Assembly (NCBI GenBank): GCA_013286795.1
Contig: JABDFA010000011.1
Location: forward strand, 6,341-38,340
Length of the DNA: 32,000 nt
Direction of reading: 5' to 3'
Source of the DNA: Candidatus Babelota bacterium
GTDB lineage: Bacteria; Babelota; Babeliae; Babelales; JABDEC01
Part shown: positions 9,086-17,080 of the stretch, in pieces
Layout: every line of letters starts with the position of its first letter
How positions within the stretch are numbered: position 1 is the stretch's first letter
Made by a program: the position numbers and the translations under genes
The notes under the pieces: generated by a model
What the model saw: the letters and a program-made list of their open reading frames with translations, nothing else
The model's database searches: none
Told to the model about the DNA's origin: nothing

Positions 9086-9173
9086 AATATTAAATTATAA
9101 ATCATTTAAACTAAAAACACAAATCGCAACAACAAGAGCTTTATCGAGATCTGTAAATTTCTATCTGAAACAA

Positions 9174-9911
9174 TTATCTTATTGGTTTAATACAATTTCT
9201 AAAACATTTACATATAAAATGGGAACACTTTTTTTCTCTTTTTGGAGTGTTTTCTTGATTAAAACTTTTTTGTTTTTCACGTTTTAATTCACTGATGTTT
9301 TGATCCAATTGAAGTTTAAAATCTCTTAAATTTTTGGTAAATTCTCCCACATAACTATCCACTATGTCGCTGAATTGTTCATCTGTTAATCTAGAATTAT
9401 TCTCAGAATCAATAGATTCTAAAATATGTCTAATTCTGCCTGGCATCGAATTAGAAGCAAAAGTGAAAAGGTTATCCTTTTTAAATTGTTCTATATCAGC
9501 TACTGCTAGATCCTTCTCTAGGTTTCTTAAAAAGTTACTTGCTTCAAATTCTAGTCGAATCTTAACAGATCCTACTAGATTTCTTAAAATAGGTTGCTCT
9601 TCTTGTGTCTTAGAATCTTCTGAAGGCTCGAATGTTTCATCTCCTGAGACATATACAAAATCATCTTCCTCTAATTGCATTGAGAAGATATTGAAGCTTG
9701 TAACAAAACAAAAAAATAGAACATATCTCTTGCAAAACCTAAAAATTTGTTTTATTCCGTTCGCCCTGAGTATCGCACGTAGTGCGATGTATCGAAGGGT
9801 GAATAAAAAATTATGTTCATGGTTCGATACGTTTGCTTCGCAAACACTCACCACGAACGGGCTCTCAAATAGAGTTATATTAGGTTTTGAAAGAAGCCTA
9901 ATTTGTCTCAT
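9174..9911 (-). CDS. Hypothetical protein, probably secreted; 5' end remodelled by repeat R2 and true start uncertain
   Basis: The ORF is open from the ATG at 9911, but the first ~50 codons are repeat-derived (PFVVSVCEANVSNHE ... LRANG). A leader-like KRYVLFFCFVTSFNIFS|MQLEEDD follows with no ATG of its own. An in-frame ATA (IKQIFRF...) sits where a start would be expected. The C-terminus carries a Cys-basic cluster, KKCSHFICKCFRNCIKPIR. Confidence 0.5.
   Translation of the reverse strand: MRQIRLLSKPNITLFESPFVVSVCEANVSNHEHNFLFTLRYIALRAILRANGIKQIFRFCKRYVLFFCFVTSFNIFSMQLEEDDFVYVSGDETFEPSEDSKTQEEQPILRNLVGSVKIRLEFEASNFLRNLEKDLAVADIEQFKKDNLFTFASNSMPGRIRHILESIDSENNSRLTDEQFSDIVDSYVGEFTKNLRDFKLQLDQNISELKREKQKSFNQENTPKREKKCSHFICKCFRNCIKPIR
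9757..9861. repeat. GC-rich modular palindromic repeat, locus R2 (module B + module A, inverted relative to R5)
   Basis: Module B: ccgttcgccctgagtatcgcacgtagtgcgatgtatcgaagggtga (9757-9802). A 12-nt AT spacer follows. Module A: gttcatggttcgatacgtttgcttcgcaaacactcaccacgaacgg (9815-9860). Module A is near-identical to 17641-17688. Confidence 0.85.
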
Positions 9912-9918
9912 AGCCAGC

Positions 9919-10428
9919 TCAACAGTATGGAAAACAACATTTTGATTTTTCTACAACATCACTAATTAATTTTTGGACACATTCTCTAAAAAATTTCTCT
10001 TGATCCTGAAGTAAGTCTTCAATTGTTGCTCCCGATAATATTTTTTCATTATAGATCAAAGCAAGCCTGCTTAAATTCAATTTTTTAATAGAATTAATTT
10101 TGTTGGCTATTTTTCTTTTAGTCCAGGGCATAACACGTAAGTTTTCAGATTCTGTTGCAATTATATGATCAAAACTCTCAGTTAAATGTTTAATAAAGTT
10201 ATCACGCGCAGCACTTCTAGCCTCTTCTCTTATAGCTTTAACACTAATACTATTTCTTGGAGGTAGTGGTGGCTTTTGTTGTAATACTACTACAGGATGA
10301 CCTTCAGTTTGATATCCAGGTTGCTGATCAGGAGCACTAGGTCTTGAACTTAAATTATCTCGATAATATTGATCAAATGCACACATCTTGCATACAAATA
10401 ACAGGGGTAAAACTAAGAGCTTTTTCAT
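9919..10428 (-). CDS. Small secreted hypothetical protein (Pro-rich N-terminal region, C-terminal Cys cluster)
   Basis: AGGAG RBS upstream of the ATG at 10428 and leader MKKLLVLPLLFVCKMCA. It contains KPPLPPR (10255-10275) and ends SKCCFPYC. The helical region (KKLNLSRLA...ATIEDLLQDQEKFFRE) resembles the 10503..11126 product (RELNLSQSFA...GTLDALIFEAERKFRD). Confidence 0.6.
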   Translation of the reverse strand: MKKLLVLPLLFVCKMCAFDQYYRDNLSSRPSAPDQQPGYQTEGHPVVVLQQKPPLPPRNSISVKAIREEARSAARDNFIKHLTESFDHIIATESENLRVMPWTKRKIANKINSIKKLNLSRLALIYNEKILSGATIEDLLQDQEKFFRECVQKLISDVVEKSKCCFPYC

Positions 10429-10502
10429 TATAACTCCTAAAAAAATTTAACTACACTCAAGCAATCTAGCAAAAAAAATATATTTCTTACCAGCTTTTTT
10501 AC

Positions 10503-11126
10503 TCATAATTCTAATTCATCAGCAAAAGTTAAAGTAATATCTTCATCTGCTTCATATTCTACTACTTCGTTTTTATCATCTTTTTTTCTACATTTATAGC
10601 ATAAGAACCATTTCTTAAGTTTATCTTTGAAAAGATTTATATTTAATCTATCTTGGTTTCTAATCAATTCTTCAACTGAATCTTCAGCTAGACTAAAAAG
10701 AGTATCCCTAAACTTTCTTTCTGCTTCAAATATTAATGCATCAAGTGTTCCTAGTTGAGCAAAACTCTGTGACAAATTTAATTCTCTCAATATTAAATCT
10801 TTTTTTATTTTGGCACACCTTTTCATATCATTAACAGAAAGGGCTCCTAAATTTTTAATCTTTCTGTTTGCCTCAGGCAAATCCCAACTCTTAACATTCT
10901 TAATGACTGTCCTACTTTCAACCCCAGGAATAACAAACTCTAGTTTAATATTTGCAGCTGGATTCCCTTTTAATCTACTAACATAAATTTTGAAATTAGA
11001 AATATTATATTTAAAACTGTCTGAAAGATAGGATATAGTTTTCTGGGTGTCTGATTTTTTGATATTTTTATCCATGCAATTAACGCTAGACACCAGAAAA
11101 AATAAATTAATTAAGATTTTACCCAT
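10503..11126 (-). CDS. Small secreted hypothetical protein (paralog-like to 9919..10428)
   Basis: AAGGGAGA RBS upstream of the ATG at 11126 and leader MGKILINLFFLVSSVNC. It has a Cys-basic cluster KKWFLCYKCRKKDDK followed by an acidic tail. Confidence 0.6.
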   Translation of the reverse strand: MGKILINLFFLVSSVNCMDKNIKKSDTQKTISYLSDSFKYNISNFKIYVSRLKGNPAANIKLEFVIPGVESRTVIKNVKSWDLPEANRKIKNLGALSVNDMKRCAKIKKDLILRELNLSQSFAQLGTLDALIFEAERKFRDTLFSLAEDSVEELIRNQDRLNINLFKDKLKKWFLCYKCRKKDDKNEVVEYEADEDITLTFADELEL

Positions 11127-11136
11127 TTATTCTCCC

Positions 11137-12279
11137 TTAAACGGAATTTGCCAATATCCTATTATAAAAATCGATTAAATTCAAAGTTAAATTTTTAGAA
11201 TCATAACTTTTTGATTTTAACCATGCTTGTTTTTGCATCTGTAAACAAATATCAGGATAATTTTTTAAATAATTAATTTTCAAAACCATTTCTTCTACAG
11301 AATCAACCAGAAAGCCATTAATATTATTATCTACAATATCGCAACTCCCTGCAGCATTTAGAGCAATAACAGGACAACTCCCAGCCATAGCTTCAGCCAA
11401 AACTAAACCCTGAGTTTCAGTTATAGAAGCAAAGATAAATAGATCAGATTTTTTGTAAATAGATGCCAATAAATCTTTAGAAGGTTTTTCTATAAAAATT
11501 ACTCTTTCTTTAGATAATTTAAGTTTTTCATATGCGTAAAATTTTAAAAAATTAAGCTCTGAACCATAACCCAATAATCTAAAAATGAACTCTTCTTGTT
11601 TTAGTTTTGCAAATACATCCAACAAAAATAATATATTTTTTTCTTTAGTAAAACGACTTACAGTTAAAAGCTCAAATATTTTATTTTTTTTGAAAATAGG
11701 TTCAGATGAAAAATATAATGGTAAGATACCACTTGGCACAACTATCGAGTTTTGAAGATTTAAGCAATTAGCGGTTTTTGCTATTGATAAACTCGGAAAA
11801 ATAACTCCTTGAACTTGCTTACAATAAGATTTTACTAACTTGCTGATGATAGGTTTTGTAAAAATTTCTGGTAAAGGTATATAATGTGCATAGTTTTCAT
11901 ATTGCGTATGATAAGTAAAAACAATAGGTATTTGCATTTTTTTACTTACGTTTAATGCGTTTGCACCCAATAAAAATGGGTGTTGAGAATGAATTATATC
12001 AGGTCGTTCTTTTTTTATAATTTCGGACATTTCAAATTCTGGCCAAAAGGGAACAGCCATAGAATTCTGTTTATAAGTAAATTTTATGGGGCAACTCATA
12101 CGAAAAATATTATCACTTTCAGGGAACTTTTTGGTAAGAAAATCTAAGGTAATAATAAAAGGTATATGGTTTTGCTCTTTTAAGCTTTGCAAAAAAGAGT
12201 TTATAGAGCTTACTACTCCCCCTGAATAAGGAGTATAATTATTAGTTATTATGGCTATTTTTAATGATTTTTTGCTCAT
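11137..12279 (-). CDS. Glycosyltransferase family 4 (GT-B fold)
   Basis: 380 aa. The N-terminus IAIITNNYTPYSGGV is typical of GT4. The EX7E motif ETQGLVLAEAMAGSCPVIA lies in the C-terminal domain. Confidence 0.85.
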   Translation of the reverse strand: MSKKSLKIAIITNNYTPYSGGVVSSINSFLQSLKEQNHIPFIITLDFLTKKFPESDNIFRMSCPIKFTYKQNSMAVPFWPEFEMSEIIKKERPDIIHSQHPFLLGANALNVSKKMQIPIVFTYHTQYENYAHYIPLPEIFTKPIISKLVKSYCKQVQGVIFPSLSIAKTANCLNLQNSIVVPSGILPLYFSSEPIFKKNKIFELLTVSRFTKEKNILFLLDVFAKLKQEEFIFRLLGYGSELNFLKFYAYEKLKLSKERVIFIEKPSKDLLASIYKKSDLFIFASITETQGLVLAEAMAGSCPVIALNAAGSCDIVDNNINGFLVDSVEEMVLKINYLKNYPDICLQMQKQAWLKSKSYDSKNLTLNLIDFYNRILANSV

Positions 12280-12310
12280 AACGATTTATTTTAAAATATT
12301 TAATCTGAAT

Positions 12311-12339
12311 TTGCCAGTTGATAAATAAAATGATATTAT
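12311..12339 (+). promoter_or_regulatory. Candidate sigma-70 promoter of rpsA-ndk
   Basis: TTGCCA (12311-12316), 17-nt spacer ending in TGa (extended -10), TATTAT (12334-12339). An AGGAG RBS at 12427-12431 lies 9 nt before the ATG at 12441. Confidence 0.4.
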
Positions 12340-12440
12340 AAACTAAGTATAGTATATGTTTAACCCCCATAAACTTCTGCTTACCAAATTCTAAGTTAGC
12401 AGATTTTATTTATCTCAAATATCTTTAGGAGCTTTTTTCA

Positions 12441-14231
12441 ATGGCAAAAGAAGTACTAAGTCCATCAAAATATGCAAAAGTATATCTTCCTGAACTGGAC
12501 ATGCCCCAATTAAGTGGTGAGCAAAAACAAGAACTGCAAGATCTATATCAAGAAACCCTCAGCAAATTACAACCGGGTCAATTAACCATAGGAAAAATTT
12601 TAGCTGTAGATCAACAAGGTGTATTAGTCGACATTCAATACAAATCAAATGGACTAATACCAAGATATGAATTCACTGAACATGAATTAAAAGATCTAAC
12701 ACCAGGCGCTAATATAGACGTAATGTTAGATGAACTTGAAAATATTGATGGCAACGTAGTTTTGTCTTATGAAAAAGCAAAAAATCTAAAGGCTTGGGAT
12801 AGAATTACAAAATTATTTGAAGAAAATAAGCCTGTTGAAGGTGTCGTTACCCATACAGTAAAAGGTGGACTAAATGTTGATATAGGGCTTCCGGCTTTTT
12901 TACCTGGATCGCAAGTTGATGTACAGAAAGTTACAAACTTTGAAGGCCTAATAGGACAACATATAGTTGCCAACGTTATAAAAATAAATAAAAAACGTGG
13001 CAATGTAATAATTTCTAGACGCAAGTTCCTATCAGAACAGCAACAAGAAGCTCGCAAACATGTTATGAGCAATATAACAGAAGCTCAAATAATTCAAGGA
13101 ACTGTAAAGAATATAACAAACTATGGGGCTTTTGTAGATATAGGCGGATTAGACGGTCTATTACACATAACCGATATGACATGGGGCAGGATATCCCATC
13201 CAAGCGAAATATTAAAAATTGGGGATAAAATAACAGTAAAAGTTCTATCCATTGATAAGGATAATAATAAAATATCTCTGGGTATGAAACAATTAACTGA
13301 CAATCCATGGCATGTTTTACCTGAATCGATACAAGTTGGGTCCAAAGTTAAGGGTAAAATATCAAGTATTACTGATTATGGTTTATTTATAGAAATACAA
13401 AAAGGTATAGAAGGTTTAGTACATATTTCTGAAGTATCTTGGATTGATAGAATTAAAGATTTAACAAAGCATTTTAAATTAGGCGAAGAAGTGGAAGCCT
13501 TAGTTGTATCTTTAGATAAAGATAACAGAAGAATGTCTTTAAGCATAAAACAACTTGTTGATAATCCATGGAAATCTATTAGTGAAAAATTCAAGGTTGG
13601 CGAAAAAATAAAAGGAAAGATTACCAATATTGCTGATTTTGGTATATTTATTCAATTATTACCTGGAGTCGATGGCCTTGCTCACGTTTCAGATTTGTCT
13701 TGGACAGATCATATTAGTCATCCAGCAGATGTTTATACAAAAGGCCAAGAAGTTGAAGCTGTTATATTATCAATAGATGAAGCCAACAAAAAAGTTTCTC
13801 TTGGTGTTAAACAAATGACAAATGATCCATGGGAAGAAATAGAAGAAAAATATCCTGTAGGGTCTTTAGTTGAAGGTGAAGTTTCCAAAATTACGAATTT
13901 TGGTGCCTTTGTAAAATTACCTACCAAGATTGAAGGCTTGGTGCATGTATCTGAAGTAGACAAAGAAGGCAAAAAACTTGAAGAAATACTTCAAGTTGGC
14001 CAAAAACGTCAATTTAGAGTTATTAATGCGAATAAAAATGAACGCAAATTAGGTTTAAGCTTAAAGCTAGAAGTTGATGAAAAAGCACAAGAAGAAGCAA
14101 GGGCTAAAAAAGCAGCTGCAGCTTCTAAGAAGAAAAAAGAAGCTCCAGTTCAAGAAATGAAAAAAACAGAAAAAGCCAAGTCCGTTCTTCAATTAGAACT
14201 TGAAAAACATGCTAAAAAAAATAAAGAATAA
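12441..14231 (+). CDS. rpsA: 30S ribosomal protein S1
   Basis: 596 aa with six tandem S1 domains (recurring G..V.G.V..I..FGAFV.L..G.EGL.H.S motifs) and a Lys-rich C-terminal tail. Confidence 0.95.
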   Translation: MAKEVLSPSKYAKVYLPELDMPQLSGEQKQELQDLYQETLSKLQPGQLTIGKILAVDQQGVLVDIQYKSNGLIPRYEFTEHELKDLTPGANIDVMLDELENIDGNVVLSYEKAKNLKAWDRITKLFEENKPVEGVVTHTVKGGLNVDIGLPAFLPGSQVDVQKVTNFEGLIGQHIVANVIKINKKRGNVIISRRKFLSEQQQEARKHVMSNITEAQIIQGTVKNITNYGAFVDIGGLDGLLHITDMTWGRISHPSEILKIGDKITVKVLSIDKDNNKISLGMKQLTDNPWHVLPESIQVGSKVKGKISSITDYGLFIEIQKGIEGLVHISEVSWIDRIKDLTKHFKLGEEVEALVVSLDKDNRRMSLSIKQLVDNPWKSISEKFKVGEKIKGKITNIADFGIFIQLLPGVDGLAHVSDLSWTDHISHPADVYTKGQEVEAVILSIDEANKKVSLGVKQMTNDPWEEIEEKYPVGSLVEGEVSKITNFGAFVKLPTKIEGLVHVSEVDKEGKKLEEILQVGQKRQFRVINANKNERKLGLSLKLEVDEKAQEEARAKKAAAASKKKKEAPVQEMKKTEKAKSVLQLELEKHAKKNKE

Positions 14232-14237
14232 TAAACT

Positions 14238-14669
14238 ATGAAAATAATAGAAAAAACATTTGCTATTATAAAGCCTGATGCTGTTAAGGCAAAAAATAGT
14301 GGTAAGATTATAGATATTATAGAAAAAAATGGTTTTGAAATTCTGGACATGAAGAAAATAAATTTAACTCAATCTAAAGCAGAAAAGTTTTATGAAGAGC
14401 ATAAAGAACGTTCTTTCTTTCCAGAATTAGTACAATTCATGACATCTGGACCTATAATCATTATGGCATTAGCTAAGACAGATGCTGTAAATGATTGGCG
14501 GAACTTAATGGGTGTTACTGATCCTAAAAAAGCTGCTCACGGTACAATCCGCCAATTATTTGGCAAAGGTATCGGTGAAAATGCTGTACATGGCTCTGAT
14601 TCTGCTAGTTCTGCTGTTAGAGAATTAAATCTCTTCTTTCCAGAATTAGACCAAATCCAGTCATCCTGA
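14238..14669 (+). CDS. ndk: Nucleoside diphosphate kinase
   Basis: 143 aa. It has TFAIIKPDAV near the N-terminus and the active-site motif NAVHGSDS. It starts 6 nt after the rpsA stop. Its last 4 codons and the TGA stop lie in repeat R3. Confidence 0.95.
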   Translation: MKIIEKTFAIIKPDAVKAKNSGKIIDIIEKNGFEILDMKKINLTQSKAEKFYEEHKERSFFPELVQFMTSGPIIIMALAKTDAVNDWRNLMGVTDPKKAAHGTIRQLFGKGIGENAVHGSDSASSAVRELNLFFPELDQIQSS

Positions 14670-14890
14670 GGGAAGCATCCTTCAACAAGCTCAGGATAAA
14701 CTCCGTGCGAAGTCGAAGGACATAATTAGCCAATAGAAAGGTGGTCATAATTGTAATAATTATGACCACCTTAATTTCCTCGCGCTCGTGGTGATGCTTC
14801 GACAAGCTCAGCATGATCGGACTTTTTCTCTCCTACCAGTCATCCTGAGTGAAGTGCGCAGCACGAAATCGAAGGACAAACCATACGAGC
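14657..14890. repeat. GC-rich modular palindromic repeat, composite locus R3
   Basis: In order: module C copy (14657-14721), a 15-bp hairpin (14738-14772), and inverted module E cctcgcgctcgtggtga (14778-14794, the reverse complement of 6302-6318). Then module D (14793-14816), a second module C (14837-14877), and the shared right end atacgagc (14883-14890). Confidence 0.85.
14738..14772 (+). terminator. Perfect 15-bp hairpin inside R3, possible rpsA-ndk terminator
   Basis: Stem aaggtggtcataatt (14738-14752), loop gtaat, stem aattatgaccacctt (14758-14772). Only a weak T tract (aatttcc) follows. Confidence 0.35.
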
Positions 14891-14917
14891 TAATTAAGAT
14901 CTAATCCTATAAATCTC

Positions 14918-15616
14918 ATGAACACTAAATCAACACTCTACATAACGTTAGTTTTAATATCTATTTTTTCAGTAAATAAACCTATGGGTATAGAATCTCA
15001 AAAAATTAAAAAATGTGCCCGTAGAAAATTGAATAGAAAGTTGCGTAAAGCAATAATTAATAATAATTTAAAAAAAATAGAAACACTTTTGGAAAAAGGC
15101 GCTAATCCTAATATTAAAATAAGGCATATGATCACGCCTCTGGTTTATGCTGTATATGAAATTTCAAGTCCAAAAATGGTTGAACTGTTATTAAAATATA
15201 AGGTAGACGTTAATGATTATTATAAAAGTAATGAATATAAAGCTATACATTTAGCTATTAGAAGCTGCAACATTTGTATTACTAATTTATTAATTGATGC
15301 AAAAGCAGATATCAATATCCAAGACTGTTGTGGCAATGCCAGCTTACATTTTTTAAATATAAAACATAGGCCTGAAACATCCCTTAAACTACTTCCATTA
15401 TTACTTAACCATGGTGGAGATGTAAATATAAAAAACTTTGACAATAAATCTTTTTTAGATTTAGCACAAGAACAAAACAAAAAAGAGATTTTTGACATTA
15501 TCAAAGAACACCAGAAATTAATTATAAAAAAAATAGCTGAAGCAACTAAATATTGTCTGCCAACTGTATTAGAAAATATGATTGGCGAATATATTATATT
15601 TTTGGAAAATAAATGA
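14918..15616 (+). CDS. Secreted ankyrin-repeat protein, array member 1
   Basis: Leader MNTKSTLYITLVLISIFSVNKP and ankyrin repeats (TPLVYAV...MVELLLKYKVDVN; AIHLAI...LLIDAKADINIQD). The C-terminal tail is CLPTVLENMIGEYIIF. The stop overlaps the next start (ATGA). Confidence 0.85.
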   Translation: MNTKSTLYITLVLISIFSVNKPMGIESQKIKKCARRKLNRKLRKAIINNNLKKIETLLEKGANPNIKIRHMITPLVYAVYEISSPKMVELLLKYKVDVNDYYKSNEYKAIHLAIRSCNICITNLLIDAKADINIQDCCGNASLHFLNIKHRPETSLKLLPLLLNHGGDVNIKNFDNKSFLDLAQEQNKKEIFDIIKEHQKLIIKKIAEATKYCLPTVLENMIGEYIIFLENK

Positions 15617-16332
15617 ACAAATTAATTTTATACGTAATAATAACTTTATTATCAATCTCTCTATCTAACTATGCAATGATTCAAGAGTTAAACGAAAAAC
15701 TTCGTAAATCTGTAGATCTACAAGATCTAGAATTAATGGAAAAAACATTAAAAAATGGGGCTGATCCGAACCATATGGTAAAATATTGGACAAACGAAAC
15801 TTTAAAATATTGGCATGGAGATAAACCAATATTACATTATGCTATATTACAAAACTGCGATTCAAAAGTTATTGAACTTTTATTAAAGTATGGAGCAAAT
15901 ATAAATATTACAGAACGCAATAATTGGAATGCCCTATTTTGGGCTATAGAGAGAAATAATTTAATTATAGCGCAATTATTAATTAAACAAGGAATAGATT
16001 TAAATCTACAAGGTTTAAACAATGATACATGCCTTCACAGAATAATTCAATGCAAGTTCCCCTTTTATAATGACCCGCACAACACACAAAAAACTCGTGT
16101 TCTAAAAATCATTAATTTATTACTTCAATTCGGAGCTGATATAAATATAGAAAATAACCAAAATAAAACCTTTTTAGATTTAGTAAAACAATCCCAATAT
16201 AAGGATATACTCAAGGTTGTTAAAGAATGGCAAGAAATAACAAACAAAAAAATATTAGAAGAAACTAGCCCCTACTTGCTCCCTGTATTAGGAAATATAG
16301 TTAGCGAATATGTTACTGGATTAACGATATAA
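15613..16332 (+). CDS. Secreted ankyrin-repeat protein, array member 2
   Basis: Leader MNKLILYVIITLLSISLSNYA. The central region is about 60% identical to member 3 (ILHYAILQNCDSKVIELLLKYGANINIT...). The tail is EWQEITNKKILEETSPYLLPVLGNIVSEYVTG. Confidence 0.88.
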   Translation: MNKLILYVIITLLSISLSNYAMIQELNEKLRKSVDLQDLELMEKTLKNGADPNHMVKYWTNETLKYWHGDKPILHYAILQNCDSKVIELLLKYGANINITERNNWNALFWAIERNNLIIAQLLIKQGIDLNLQGLNNDTCLHRIIQCKFPFYNDPHNTQKTRVLKIINLLLQFGADINIENNQNKTFLDLVKQSQYKDILKVVKEWQEITNKKILEETSPYLLPVLGNIVSEYVTGLTI

Positions 16333-16337
16333 AACTT

Positions 16338-17066
16338 ATGAATAATAAATCAACTTTATCAATAATAATTTCTTTATCAATTTCTCTTGCAAATAATTCC
16401 ATGGATGAAAGGCCTAAAAAAAGAATCTGCTTAGAAAGCTATAGATACGAATATAAAAAATTTAAAGAAGCAATAGATACAGGAAATTTGGAATTAATGG
16501 AAAAACTAATACAAGAAGGAGTTGATCCTAATTGCATGATAGAATATCTGAGTGATAGTAGGTTTGCTTATTTCAACACTGGAGACATGCCAGCATTGCA
16601 TTACTCTATACTAAATGATTGTGACTCAAAAGTTATTGAACTTCTATTAAAATATGTCACGGATATAAATATTACGGACGATAATCATCGGAATGCACTA
16701 TTTTGTGCAGTAGAGAAAGGTAATTTAATTATTGCTCATTTGCTCATTAAACAGGGAATAGATTTTAATTTAAAAGATAATAAAGGTGATACATGTTTGT
16801 GTAAATCATATTACCGTTTTGTTTTTAATCAAAATGGCATCAAAGAAATTCGCTCTCTAAATATAATTCATTTATTAATCTATTCAGGCGCTGATATAAA
16901 CATAAAAGACAGCGATGATTACAGTTTCTTAGATTTAGCAAAAAGGAGTTGGGATGGAAGGATACTTGCAATAATTTTAGACTGGAAAAATTCCATTACT
17001 AAAGGAATTAGAACTTACATGCCGGCTGATTTAGGAAATATAGTTATCAAATATGTTACAGGTTAA
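16338..17066 (+). CDS. Secreted ankyrin-repeat protein, array member 3
   Basis: Leader MNNKSTLSIIISLSISLANNS followed by MDERPKKRICLE. Ankyrin repeats are present, and the tail is YMPADLGNIVIKYVTG. Confidence 0.88.
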   Translation: MNNKSTLSIIISLSISLANNSMDERPKKRICLESYRYEYKKFKEAIDTGNLELMEKLIQEGVDPNCMIEYLSDSRFAYFNTGDMPALHYSILNDCDSKVIELLLKYVTDINITDDNHRNALFCAVEKGNLIIAHLLIKQGIDFNLKDNKGDTCLCKSYYRFVFNQNGIKEIRSLNIIHLLIYSGADINIKDSDDYSFLDLAKRSWDGRILAIILDWKNSITKGIRTYMPADLGNIVIKYVTG

Positions 17067-17080
17067 ATAAAATTAAATTT

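Noticed and set aside
9919-9945. C-terminal CCFPYC of the 9919..10428 product as a prenylation (CaaX or CXC) motif
   Set aside because: The last four residues are F-P-Y-C, not C-a-a-X, and the terminus is not CC or CXC. Only a generic Cys cluster can be claimed.
12767-13972. Five antisense ORFs (12767..13072, 13063..13308, 13121..13345, 13376..13627, 13733..13972) inside rpsA
   Set aside because: They lie entirely opposite a strongly supported, highly conserved S1 gene. They have no RBS and low-complexity, odd composition. They are typical shadow ORFs.
14617-14814. 65-aa minus-strand ORF between ndk and the ankyrin array
   Set aside because: It is composed almost entirely of repeat R3 sequence and overlaps the ndk 3' end. 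It is a repeat-generated artefact.
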